From an uncultured virus (IMG/VR IMGVR_UViG_3300024239_000354) (taxonomy: Duplodnaviria > Heunggongvirae > Uroviricota > Caudoviricetes): a stretch of 64,000 nucleotides of DNA. Shown here piece after piece: positions 9,501 through 18,797 of this stretch; within the stretch, counting starts at the first letter, position 1, and the number at the start of each line of letters is the position of its first letter. The DNA is taken from IMG/VR virus record IMGVR_UViG_3300024239_000354; one strand, 5' to 3'. The notes under the pieces are model-generated. The model was not told the DNA's origin. It did no database searches and saw nothing but the letters and a program-made list of their open reading frames with translations. A program made the position numbers and the translations under genes.

Positions 9501-10742
9501 TCACCACTCAAGAGCTTTCATAATGAAGTCCGATAGTTTTGCATTGTACGGACTTCCGCCCGCCAGCGCGCGAACATTGACTTCCTCGGCAGCAACTTCT
9601 TTCTCGCCCACCACGAGGATGAACGGAACCTTGCGTTCGGAGTGCTTTCTGATTTTCGCTCCAATTTTCTCGGCGCTCAGATCACATTCCACCCGGAACG
9701 AACTACCGAGGCACTTCGCCACTGCTTGGGCGTAGACATCAGCCTTTTCGCTAATAGTACAGACAACCGCCTGAACTGGTGCCAGCCACGGCGGAAGACG
9801 ACCCTCGGTGCTTTCCAGCAGCACGCCGATCCACCGTTCCATCGACCCCAGAACGGCATGATGGATCATCACCACCTGATCATGCTGATGCTCTTCCCGA
9901 GCAGAATGGTAGATAGCACCATCCTCATGCTGATAGGATAGCCCGAAACGCACAGGAAGCACAAAATCAAGCTGGAAGGTACCGCACTGCCAATCACGCC
10001 CAAGGGCATCCACCAGGGTGAATTCCAGTTTGGGTCCATAGAAAGCACCTTCGCCGGGGCTGATCTCAAATCCCAGCCCCATGACGTTACACGCCTCGGC
10101 AAGCATGGCTTCGGCGGCATCCCATACTTCATCCGACCCAGCACGCTTTATCGGGCGGGTAGAGAGCTTTACCTTGACATCGTTGTAGCCAAACTTCGAG
10201 TACACCTCGCGCAGCATTTCGATGTAGTTCTTCGCCTCGCCCAGGATATGTTCCTTGCGACAGAAAATATGGGCGTCATCCTGTGTGAATTCACGCAGAC
10301 GCATGATTCCGCTCAACGAACCAGAGGTTTCGTTACGATGGACTTCACCGAACTCGAACAACCGCATGGGCAATTCGCGATAGCTGCGGCGAACATGCCC
10401 GAAAATCTGGATGTGGGCGGGGCACGACATCGGCTTCAGGCAGTATTCCGGGTCCATAACTACGAAATCTTGGTTCTGCGGGTCGGGAGAGATGTCGCCG
10501 GTTACGAAGATACCTTCTCGGAACTTTTCCCAATGTCCACTGGTTTCCCAAAGCGAACGGCTGAGAATCGACGGGGTATGGATTTCCATATACCCATGCG
10601 CTTCATGTTGCTGGCGCATATAGTTCTCGATGGTCTTGTAGAGACGCCAACCCATAGGGTGCCAAAAAATCAGTCCGGGGTTATCGTCTTGCAAATGCAG
10701 AAGGTCCATGTCCTTCGCATGGGACCGGTGATCATTGTTCAT
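9501..10742 (-). CDS. thrS: threonyl-tRNA synthetase lacking the N-terminal TGS/editing domains
   Basis: Begins at the DHR catalytic-core boundary; LWETSGHW, LKPMSCP, FTQDDAHIF, GEGAFYGPK, WQCGTFQLD and IHHAVLGSMER motifs plus the anticodon-binding domain; AAGGAG SD. Confidence 0.95.
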   Translation of the reverse strand: MNNDHRSHAKDMDLLHLQDDNPGLIFWHPMGWRLYKTIENYMRQQHEAHGYMEIHTPSILSRSLWETSGHWEKFREGIFVTGDISPDPQNQDFVVMDPEYCLKPMSCPAHIQIFGHVRRSYRELPMRLFEFGEVHRNETSGSLSGIMRLREFTQDDAHIFCRKEHILGEAKNYIEMLREVYSKFGYNDVKVKLSTRPIKRAGSDEVWDAAEAMLAEACNVMGLGFEISPGEGAFYGPKLEFTLVDALGRDWQCGTFQLDFVLPVRFGLSYQHEDGAIYHSAREEHQHDQVVMIHHAVLGSMERWIGVLLESTEGRLPPWLAPVQAVVCTISEKADVYAQAVAKCLGSSFRVECDLSAEKIGAKIRKHSERKVPFILVVGEKEVAAEEVNVRALAGGSPYNAKLSDFIMKALEW

Positions 10743-10808
10743 GAAAAATAGCTCCTTTCGTCCCGCCGCTATGGGACCGGTACAAGGAGCCACGACGACG
10801 GTGAACTG

Positions 10809-10907
10809 TCAAATTTCAGTTGTGGTCGTGGTAGTGGTCGCAACAACGCAGCTATCGCCGGAAGCGGCGACGGTGATGGTGCTAAGAGCGTTGATGACCT
10901 GTTTCAT
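10809..10907 (-). CDS. threonine-rich leader peptide (attenuator uORF) of thrS
   Basis: MKQVINALSTITVAASGDSCVVATTTTTTTEI*, with seven consecutive Thr codons, followed by a hairpin covering the thrS SD. Confidence 0.85.
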   Translation of the reverse strand: MKQVINALSTITVAASGDSCVVATTTTTTTEI

Positions 10908-10912
10908 GGAAC

Positions 10913-10920
10913 TATTTATA
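10913..10920 (-). promoter_or_regulatory. T4-like late promoter TATAAATA
   Basis: Exact TATAAATA 5 nt upstream of the leader-peptide ATG. Confidence 0.7.
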
Positions 10921-10938
10921 CGCCGCCATCAGCCGTTG

Positions 10939-11085
10939 TCAACCAACCTTGAAACCGGGTGGGAATTTGGTACCCGCATCCGTCTGGCAGCGAAACACCT
11001 TGGTGTTGGCGTCGAACAACGCAACGGAGAAATTGGTACCCGTCATCTTGGCACCGGTAAAGGTATAACCCTTCATTTCCGCCAT
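10939..11085 (-). CDS. small hypothetical protein
   Basis: 48-aa ORF MAEMKGYTF... with a strong GGAGG SD. Confidence 0.6.
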   Translation of the reverse strand: MAEMKGYTFTGAKMTGTNFSVALFDANTKVFRCQTDAGTKFPPGFKVG

Positions 11086-11158
11086 GACTATTCCTCCGAT
11101 TAAGATTTCAACTATAGCGGACCAAACAAATATTGTCATTGAAGGGATAAATATAGCC

Positions 11159-11890
11159 ATGAGACTTATGCAAATCCACGAAGCCCGCAACACGCTTACC
11201 CGTAAGGATGCAATGTTGGTGTTGCGCGAAATTGAAACCGGACGAGGCGGGGTTGCCGAGCTTGCCAGGAAGAAACCATTCATCAGCCAACAAGCACAGG
11301 CATGGCTTTCACAGCATCACGGCACAACGCTCAAACTCTTTCGTGCGGTTGCGGTCACTGATAAATCGGAACTTCAGTCGGAAACCGTCGTCTCCACCAC
11401 CACGAATTGGGAAATCGCCTTCCATATGGCGAAGGACTTTCCGGTGATCTTCGGTCAAAAAGAATTCATCACCAACCGTCCACACCTTTTGCGGTATGAT
11501 GTTCCAATTAATCGTGTATTGGCTTATGTCCCATTACTAGTAGATCAATGCATGGAATTACTAGGGGATGTCGGTGATCAAAAAATCACCAGTAGCCGTT
11601 CATACGACCGCATCCCAGTGTCTCACATTATTCAAACCGGAAAAACCGAAGAAGAAGTGATTGTGAATGTATCTGGAATAACCCCACGAATAATCTCATT
11701 TGAGCAAAACACAAACGGACGCCGCTGGATGCAAGTATTTCAGCACGTTGTGGATGGGGATTATAAATCCGGTTCGAATTTTGAGAAATACTATCGAGAC
11801 AACTTCATAAATTGGCGCCCAAATAGTTGGGACGATGCTCGCAAAGAACATGATGATTTCGCTAAACAAGTTAAAGCGTTTATGCGCTAA
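11159..11890 (+). CDS. late protein, possible ART-fold
   Basis: ATAAATA 5 nt before MRLMQIHEARN; LFRAV...STTT...EEEVIV resembles the R-S-E ART pattern. Confidence 0.6.
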   Translation: MRLMQIHEARNTLTRKDAMLVLREIETGRGGVAELARKKPFISQQAQAWLSQHHGTTLKLFRAVAVTDKSELQSETVVSTTTNWEIAFHMAKDFPVIFGQKEFITNRPHLLRYDVPINRVLAYVPLLVDQCMELLGDVGDQKITSSRSYDRIPVSHIIQTGKTEEEVIVNVSGITPRIISFEQNTNGRRWMQVFQHVVDGDYKSGSNFEKYYRDNFINWRPNSWDDARKEHDDFAKQVKAFMR

Positions 11891-11905
11891 ATATTTGACC
11901 GGGGC

Positions 11906-11934
11906 TTGACTTTCATACCCCAGAATGGTATTCT
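11906..11934 (+). promoter_or_regulatory. sigma70-type promoter
   Basis: TTGACT-17 nt-TATTCT. Confidence 0.6.
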
Positions 11935-11960
11935 ATATTTGTTGATAAGGAGTTCCCCAC

Positions 11961-12128
11961 ATGACCAGCACTCGCGAAAAGATCGCCAAGCTTTCCGCTC
12001 AGTGGCAGAAGCGTGTTGCGCAGAACCCGAAGCTTGCTGAATTGAGCCTCGAAGAAAAGCCGGTTATTGAAGGTACCGTGCGCCCGATCAACGAAGCTGA
12101 AGTTCGTACCAATAATAAGGTGGATTGA
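11961..12128 (+). CDS. small hypothetical protein
   Basis: 55-aa ORF MTSTREKIAKL... with TAAGGAG SD; its stop overlaps the next ATG. Confidence 0.65.
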   Translation: MTSTREKIAKLSAQWQKRVAQNPKLAELSLEEKPVIEGTVRPINEAEVRTNNKVD

Positions 12129-13384
12129 TGCGTTGGTGTGAACTTTACGAACAACTAATTTTCAATATTCCGGATCATCAAGGTACACGCCGTATTTTTA
12201 TGACATCGGCGTTCCAGAAAGACTACAGTCACTTCAAAAAATATTCCGGTGCCAACGTCCCGAAGATTCTTCGGGACTTTCTGCTATTCAAGCAAACGAC
12301 CGGGATCAAACCAATTGGTCCTAAAGACGCTCCGATGGGACATGGGATTGCAGCATGGCACTGTCATCTAGTCCATGGCAAAGTGATCGTTCTCTATGCG
12401 GTAGACGATACCCATATTGAACTTTATCGAATTCTCGAACATGCGGACTACGATAGCCCAAAGCAAACCATGGCGCTGAAGAAGTATGTTGCGCATCTCC
12501 ATCCATCGGATTTTGTCGAGTACATACTTCCACCTGAATTTTCCTCAAAAACGATCACTTTCTCTCCGGAAATTTTCTCTGAAATTGAGGAAATGATCTA
12601 CACACTCACACAGAACACCGAAGATCGGGAAATTCTTACACAGTTCGCGACCTCTGGGTCAGGGCTGTTGTATGATGTTATTCTCGAAATGATTGGTGCC
12701 CGGTCCCAAGACACCGTTGAGCAATTCCTAACCGCATGGAAGCGCAAATACGGACACCCAATCACGGAGTTCGCCGCACAGGCATTACGAACCACCAACC
12801 TAGTTGCTGCCGAAAGTTTTCATATTATTAAGCGTCGTCCGTTATTGTTAGAACGCGCATTTGACATCATGACAACCCCGCAGTTCAAACAATGGTTCTC
12901 TGGATCAAAAGTAGTCGATAAAACCGGAAAACCGCTCTTATGCTTTCACGGGTCGGCTGGGGTTGATGATCCATCTCGTGATACTAATAATGAGCAACCC
13001 ATCCAGAAATTTCATCCATGGACTCATTTTGGAACAGTTTCAGCGGCAAATGCTCGTATTTTGGATCAATTGGAAGATGAAGATTTTCAAAATATTGAAA
13101 ACCGTTTCCATATCTACCCGGTCTTCCTATCAATCAAGCGCCCGGTCGTTGTTGACGACTTTGACACATCACTTCTTGACGGGAATTTTGAACTGTTGAT
13201 GTCACTTCACGAACGAGGATATATTACTCGAAGTGAAATGGATCACGTAAACCCCTATAAGATCATCTTGCAGCACGGGGATGGATTGGTCTACGAGAAC
13301 GAGTTTGAGGACGCCGGATCAACGTCCTGGGTAATATCACGATCAGATCAGGTTTGGTCTATGTTTGGGGATAATCCAAACTGA
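12128..13384 (+). CDS. RelE/YafQ-like domain fused to a polyvalent-protein ART-like domain
   Basis: N-terminal TSAFQKDY...WHCHL...VLY; C-terminal TPQFKQWFSGSKVVDKTGKPLLCFHGS...HFG...YPVFLSIKRP...DGLVYEN. Confidence 0.6.
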   Translation: MRWCELYEQLIFNIPDHQGTRRIFMTSAFQKDYSHFKKYSGANVPKILRDFLLFKQTTGIKPIGPKDAPMGHGIAAWHCHLVHGKVIVLYAVDDTHIELYRILEHADYDSPKQTMALKKYVAHLHPSDFVEYILPPEFSSKTITFSPEIFSEIEEMIYTLTQNTEDREILTQFATSGSGLLYDVILEMIGARSQDTVEQFLTAWKRKYGHPITEFAAQALRTTNLVAAESFHIIKRRPLLLERAFDIMTTPQFKQWFSGSKVVDKTGKPLLCFHGSAGVDDPSRDTNNEQPIQKFHPWTHFGTVSAANARILDQLEDEDFQNIENRFHIYPVFLSIKRPVVVDDFDTSLLDGNFELLMSLHERGYITRSEMDHVNPYKIILQHGDGLVYENEFEDAGSTSWVISRSDQVWSMFGDNPN

Positions 13385-13411
13385 AAGGGCGCCTCTTGGC
13401 GCCCTTTCATT
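13383..13411. terminator. bidirectional terminator
   Basis: GAAAGGGCGCC-TCTT-GGCGCCCTTTC. Confidence 0.8.
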
Positions 13412-13855
13412 TTACAGCTTCCTAGTCAGTCCAAACATTTCCTTCTGTTCAACCGTCAGGTCCAACCCCTTAAGCTTCGCCAGCGCATCGGCACGAACAG
13501 CGGCACGGCGCTCGGCTTCCTTTCGTACCTGCCATTCCGCGTCTAGCAACTCACGCAGACGGTGCAGATCGTAGGGTTTGGTAGAATCCAGTCGAACTTC
13601 CGCCGTATCGTCGTACAAGCGGTCGCCATCTTCCTGCTCCGCATCATAAACGGTGCGCATTCCCTTGAGAGTTAGTACACCATCCACATCCACGACCTTG
13701 AAATTGAACCCCGGACGGTTCCCGCCCAGTTGCTCGACTTCCGCCAGAACCGCAAGCATGTTGACTGGCAACGCCGCCACATAAGCGGCAACCTGCTCTT
13801 CCTGTTCACGGGCTTCGCGAGCCTTGCGCTCGGCAGCAGTTTCACGCTTAGCCAT
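13412..13855 (-). CDS. hypothetical protein
   Basis: MAKRETAAE... with GGAG SD; TTGACA...TATATT promoter upstream. Confidence 0.75.
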   Translation of the reverse strand: MAKRETAAERKAREAREQEEQVAAYVAALPVNMLAVLAEVEQLGGNRPGFNFKVVDVDGVLTLKGMRTVYDAEQEDGDRLYDDTAEVRLDSTKPYDLHRLRELLDAEWQVRKEAERRAAVRADALAKLKGLDLTVEQKEMFGLTRKL

Positions 13856-13946
13856 GACAATAATCTCCGTCTCTCGAACAAGACAGAATATATCATTCAA
13901 ACTACAAGTTGTCAAGTCGGGATGAAAGAAGTTTGTAGCAAATTTC

Positions 13947-14879
13947 TTACACCACCATCGACAACGAGTCGGTGATTTCTTCAGCAAGGTCACGTTCAGT
14001 ATCGTCAGACACAAGGAACGACTTATAAAGCGCCTTACCGACTTCCGGGAGCAAGCGCAAATCTTTACTCGACGGTTCGTCTGAGTTGGCAATACGCAAT
14101 GCCAATGACGCCAATTCATCGCACAATTTATGCACGACAGAATCCTGATCCAATTTGGCAGCAACCAGATGACAACCTTTGTGGATGCGATCCATCGCCA
14201 CCTTCAAATCCACTTCGGCTTCAGTCTGGATGGCACGAACAATGTCCATGAATTCGAAAGCATGCGTGCTAATCTTGGCACGCACGAGGTTCTTGGACAT
14301 GGCACGAACCACCGCATCATATTCCGGTTCGGACATCCCGGACATCTTCGCGGCAACTGGGTTGGGCACATCGAGGAATTGCGGTTGGTTACCGTCCCGG
14401 TTCGACTGGCGACGGTCAGGACCGATATATTCGGTGGTCACGACGAATTGTTTGCGGGTGGTATAGAAATTCGCAATCCGCTTGGTAAGCGTTGCCATAG
14501 CCACCGGAGTAATCACGATATCGTCCACACCGCAATTGATAACTTGCTGGATATGCGCCGGTTCGGTATTGGCGCACAGCGCCACGATGATGAAGAACGG
14601 ATTCTTACCGATATTGGCATGACGAATTTCACGGACAATGTTCAGATTCTCACGAATGTCGCCATCCATTTCACACAGGATAACGTCCACCTTGCCTTCC
14701 TGAATGTCGGGGAGAACACCACTCAGATATTGCGAGCAAACCGGTTCGGCAAAACCTTGGTCAAGCAAGCTACTCGCAATCAACCGACGAAGTTCACGGT
14801 TGTTGTGGCTAATGCCAACGCTGATATTCTTCAGCGCGGAATTGGTCTGCTTGGCAGTCCACGAAATGAAGGCATTCAT
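13947..14879 (-). CDS. response-regulator receiver-like protein
   Basis: REC-like N-half (DVILCE, GVDDIVITP) followed by YIGPDRR; TTGACA...TAAAAC promoter upstream. Confidence 0.75.
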   Translation of the reverse strand: MNAFISWTAKQTNSALKNISVGISHNNRELRRLIASSLLDQGFAEPVCSQYLSGVLPDIQEGKVDVILCEMDGDIRENLNIVREIRHANIGKNPFFIIVALCANTEPAHIQQVINCGVDDIVITPVAMATLTKRIANFYTTRKQFVVTTEYIGPDRRQSNRDGNQPQFLDVPNPVAAKMSGMSEPEYDAVVRAMSKNLVRAKISTHAFEFMDIVRAIQTEAEVDLKVAMDRIHKGCHLVAAKLDQDSVVHKLCDELASLALRIANSDEPSSKDLRLLPEVGKALYKSFLVSDDTERDLAEEITDSLSMVV

Positions 14880-14989
14880 GACACTCACCGTATGAAATAC
14901 AATACAGTTTTACCAAGATAATCCTAAGTTGTCAAGTGGCGGCCAGTAAAATTTTCTAAAAAGTTAACACCCATTATTTCGAAACATCT

Positions 14990-15480
14990 ACGTCGATAAA
15001 TCCTTCGTCGGGACTCGTTAAAATTTTATAGACTCCGACCCATGACTCGTTCTAGTTATGTTCTCACTGGTGTGATAGCCAGCCAAAAGGGTACAAAGTT
15101 TTAACGCCTATTGCCGGGACGAACGACCGGGGGTATGAGTGCGCACCCTTCGCACGACTGGAAAATCGCGAAAGCGGTGCCTGCCAGGATAAAGTAAAGT
15201 TGGTTAAAGATGGCGCTCCGTGAAGTATCACGACGCTAACCTACCCTTTCGTTATCGTTTACAGCGATTGGGTAGCCCCGGTGACAGACTTTTGTCTGGA
15301 AGATTGGGGATGTAGCTAGGTTACGGTCACCCTACCTAGTGCGCTTGTTAATCCCAAGCATATCCCCGTAAACGAGGCTCCGAGAAACCTCAGTGAATGA
15401 ACGTTTTTTTGAAGTCACTTCTCCTTACGCATGACCCCTTGTGTCCGTGCGTAGGGGGAAGATGACTCTTCCTTTCCTAG
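14990..15480 (+). ncRNA. candidate large structured ncRNA (strand inferred)
   Basis: ~490 nt with no credible ORF and densely packed hairpins (CGC-GAAA-GCG, CTACCC...GGGTAG, CAGAC-TTTT-GTCTG, GGGGATG...TATCCCC, CCTTACGCA...TGCGTAGGG). Confidence 0.55.
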
Positions 15481-15540
15481 TGAATAAACAAGCTAAAATT
15501 GTTTAATTATATTAAGTCATTTCGCTAAATACCTCTGTCA

Positions 15541-16053
15541 ATGAGGATTTTAGAAATGCGCGTATCAGAAATTCTTACCGAAAACGACAACGCCTTAAGT
15601 CTTGATACCCATATGGAGGGAATCAAGAATGAAATCATCGCTATTCTGGCGAAAATGCGTGAGAAGAAGCACTTCTCTAATTCTGATTTCGTAGCTCTTA
15701 CCCAAAACGTGATGAGTTTGATTGAGCGATTACGTAAAGTCGTAGACACCCAACCTCACGAAACGGGCGATTACGACAAAATGAGTCGCTTCCTTCAGTC
15801 CAAACTTGAACTTGCCCGCGACAATCAGCCTCTTGACTATAAGGTGATCGCTGACGTGTTGCGTCGATTGTACACAAAGGTGGTGCGGTATTTCGAGCGG
15901 AAAGGCGACCTTTCCAAAACACCAGCCAATAATCGTGACGCTAGGAACAAAATCCAGCAGTTGGCGATGCTTATCCACGACGAAACTGAAGAACCTGATG
16001 TTGAACGCATGAGCGGGATCATTGCTCGACATACCGCAGTAATCAAGGACTAA
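15541..16053 (+). CDS. late protein, hypothetical
   Basis: CTAAATA upstream; MRVSEILTEN motif (alternative start 15556). Confidence 0.75.
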   Translation: MRILEMRVSEILTENDNALSLDTHMEGIKNEIIAILAKMREKKHFSNSDFVALTQNVMSLIERLRKVVDTQPHETGDYDKMSRFLQSKLELARDNQPLDYKVIADVLRRLYTKVVRYFERKGDLSKTPANNRDARNKIQQLAMLIHDETEEPDVERMSGIIARHTAVIKD

Positions 16054-16055
16054 TC

Positions 16056-16799
16056 ATGCGTATACATGAGATCATGGAAGACGTATGGCATGGTAGCCCG
16101 CATAAGTTTGACCAGTTTACCTTGAGCCGTGTCGGTCACGGTGAAGGAAACCAGATGTTCGGATGGGGACTGTATTTCGCGTCCAAACGCGATGTGGCTG
16201 AGTTTTACCAGAAGAACGTGAAGAATGCGTGGGAAGGAAAGCCTCGGCGGTATTTCCTCGGGCAGGAATTGGAACCGGGCACACCTGAGTATCAGGCAGC
16301 ATCGTTGCTTGATACTGTGACCTTAGCGGGTTTAAAGAAGGAAGTGCGTGGGTGGATCAACGATGCCAAACCGGGCGAAGACCTTGAACGCTACGAGAAG
16401 ATCGCGGTATTCCTTGACCGGGCACAATCCAAGAAAGACTTCATGAAGAAGCCCCCTCGGCAATACCTGTATTCGGTCGAAATTCCCGACAGCGATTATC
16501 TGTTGTGGGATGTGGAGTTGGGCAAACAGCCGCCTCGGGTGAAAGCTGCCCTGAACAAGATGTTGACGACTACGCCGACCATGGTGGAGAACCCGGAAAT
16601 CTTGACCGGCGAACAGTTCTACGAGGTGTTGACGAAACGATTGGGCGACCAGCGCAGTGCGTCCCTGGCTCTGTTGTCTGCTGGGGTGTTGGGTATCAAG
16701 TACCTTGATGGTGGAAGCCGGGATCGGGGCAAGGGTAGCTTCAACTATGTCGTCTTTGATGACGCCCAGGTGAACATCAAGGGGATTGAGTCCAAATGA
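16056..16799 (+). CDS. polyvalent-protein-type ART-like late protein
   Basis: MRIHEIMED; WHGSPHKFDQF...GHGEGNQMFGWGLYFA...GIKYLDG...NYVVFDD. Confidence 0.75.
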   Translation: MRIHEIMEDVWHGSPHKFDQFTLSRVGHGEGNQMFGWGLYFASKRDVAEFYQKNVKNAWEGKPRRYFLGQELEPGTPEYQAASLLDTVTLAGLKKEVRGWINDAKPGEDLERYEKIAVFLDRAQSKKDFMKKPPRQYLYSVEIPDSDYLLWDVELGKQPPRVKAALNKMLTTTPTMVENPEILTGEQFYEVLTKRLGDQRSASLALLSAGVLGIKYLDGGSRDRGKGSFNYVVFDDAQVNIKGIESK

Positions 16800-16823
16800 A
16801 ACTGTCAAGGGTTCCCGCCAGAA

Positions 16824-17477
16824 GTGCCGAAGACCGTCAAAGGCATCCTGGCGATGAAAGACCCGACTGATCAAGTCATGTCGCGTCAATCGACGGTCAT
16901 GTACCACGGCACGTCGAAGAAACGGTGGCAGATCATTCAGCGCCAGGGTCTTCGACCCGGTAACACATCCGACCTGTACAACGACCTGATTCCTGGGTAT
17001 TCGGAGTTCAACATCTACGTCTGTACGACCGCCAAGAATGCTGATTTCTATGGGAAGCGTCAGGCGAAGAAAGACCGGGATGATGCATATGTCATCCTAC
17101 AGGTTCAGATACCCGATCCAGTCAAGCTACGCCCCGATGACCGGTTCAGCCACGGTCAAACCAATCCAATGATTCGTAGCGGTCGCGAATTGGGAGAATT
17201 CGCCTACAAGGGTTCGATTCTGCCCCAGCAGATTAAGCTTTTTAAGGAAGTGAAATACCCCGGCGATCATGCACCCTTCATCAAGGGTGATCGGGTCACC
17301 GGGATTGCTCTCGGTAATCGTGGGAAGATTGGTACTGTCACGACGGTGCGCGGTGATTTGGCAGAAATCACCCTTGATGATGGTATACGGTACCATCATC
17401 AAGAGGCAGACCGCTGGCGCGTTACCGAACCAGCGGACCTTGGTGCCCCAAATCAGATGAAAGTTGCGGCTGAATAG
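16824..17477 (+). CDS. ART-fold protein with a C-terminal KOW/SH3-like region; start uncertain
   Basis: MYHGTS...IQRQGLRP...IYV...A.FYG; in frame with the upstream gene across a single TGA. Confidence 0.6.
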   Translation: MPKTVKGILAMKDPTDQVMSRQSTVMYHGTSKKRWQIIQRQGLRPGNTSDLYNDLIPGYSEFNIYVCTTAKNADFYGKRQAKKDRDDAYVILQVQIPDPVKLRPDDRFSHGQTNPMIRSGRELGEFAYKGSILPQQIKLFKEVKYPGDHAPFIKGDRVTGIALGNRGKIGTVTTVRGDLAEITLDDGIRYHHQEADRWRVTEPADLGAPNQMKVAAE

Positions 17478-17499
17478 CTACCGGTTGTTGTCGAACGCG

Positions 17500-18636
17500 C
17501 TATTTTGCTTGAGCAAATATGAGATTCATACGTTCTTCCGAAGGCTGACCCATCTTGACACCGCCCGGCAGTTTCACGTTGTGGAAGGTCAGCGGGTGGC
17601 GGACGAAGTGCTTGCCATGGACGGAGGTACTGAATACCGCTTGAAGCTTGGCGTCAAATTCCGAACCGTCGTTGAAGGTCAGGCGCAGAGTGCTTTGCAG
17701 ACCACCCATAGAGATCGCGTCGTTGATGATCACTATATCCTTGAAGTTATTCTTGGCATCGATGATGCTGACGATCTTCTTGGCGTTCTTGGAGACAAAC
17801 GCATCACGGATTTCGTCAGCGTCCTTGACCGCCATGGCACGCAGTTTGTCTTCGGCATCCGCCGACACCACCGGGGTGTTGATTTCGTTGGTCCCGTATT
17901 TTTTTACGGGTTCTTTATCGATGGCTTCGTACAGCACCCGCATGGCACCCTGGTCGTAAATGCGCATGCGTTCGATGTAGCAGAAATTGCGGATCGTCAG
18001 GGCGGTACCTTCAGCAGCGTCTTTCGATGCAGCATCCAGATACGCGGTCAGGGTTTTCTTGAAGCGGTCGAGGTATTGCTTCACCAGGGCATCGTAATGC
18101 TTACTGGTGATGTCTTTCAGAATGCCGATGACCTGTTCTCCCGCTTTGGTGCTGGCACGGGGCGGCTGATACTTGGGTTCGCGCTCGCTTTCCGGTTTGA
18201 TCTCGCGCTTGACGACCTTATCCTTCAGGTCAAGGATCAGTTGAGCCAGCGGCTCGATTTCGTCCAGTACACGGATCATCGCATCGACGGCTTCGCCCTT
18301 GGCACGGCTTTTGGCGATTTTTTTGCGGAAGGAACTGATGGTGTGCGGCTGCGGGTACATTAAGTCCCAAGACAGCGTTTGCACGTCCTGAGGCTGCTTG
18401 TCGATGTTGCCATGATAGAAGTACGGTTCATTCACCGCATGCTTCCAGGCAGCTTCCATGGCGCGGGAAATTTCCTGCTTGGCGTCCTGATATACTGGGT
18501 TGGCAATCTTGCCAGCAGTTTTACCGGCTTCCAGCGCAGTAACCGCTTGGATGAACATGGGAAGGCGCTTGGTCGATAGGGACGCGCGAACGGTCGGAAA
18601 CCGATCATCCTTGTTTTCGACTTCGCAAATCCGCAT
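17500..18636 (-). CDS. late protein, hypothetical
   Basis: 378 aa, MRICEVEN start, GGGAGG SD, ATAAATA upstream. Confidence 0.8.
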   Translation of the reverse strand: MRICEVENKDDRFPTVRASLSTKRLPMFIQAVTALEAGKTAGKIANPVYQDAKQEISRAMEAAWKHAVNEPYFYHGNIDKQPQDVQTLSWDLMYPQPHTISSFRKKIAKSRAKGEAVDAMIRVLDEIEPLAQLILDLKDKVVKREIKPESEREPKYQPPRASTKAGEQVIGILKDITSKHYDALVKQYLDRFKKTLTAYLDAASKDAAEGTALTIRNFCYIERMRIYDQGAMRVLYEAIDKEPVKKYGTNEINTPVVSADAEDKLRAMAVKDADEIRDAFVSKNAKKIVSIIDAKNNFKDIVIINDAISMGGLQSTLRLTFNDGSEFDAKLQAVFSTSVHGKHFVRHPLTFHNVKLPGGVKMGQPSEERMNLIFAQAK

Positions 18637-18797
18637 GATTGCCTCCCGAATTCTTTGAGTATAGCGACCATATTTATGGTTGTCAACCTACCCCGGCCAA
18701 GTTGGGCGAAGTATCCAAAACGGAATATCCATTTTTTCGGCATTTGGACACATTTTTTTGTTGACCCCGTAAATAGGTACGTGCGATAAGGCACATC

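Noticed and set aside
10743..10920. T-box riboswitch upstream of thrS
   Set aside because: No T-box consensus; the Thr-codon uORF explains the region better
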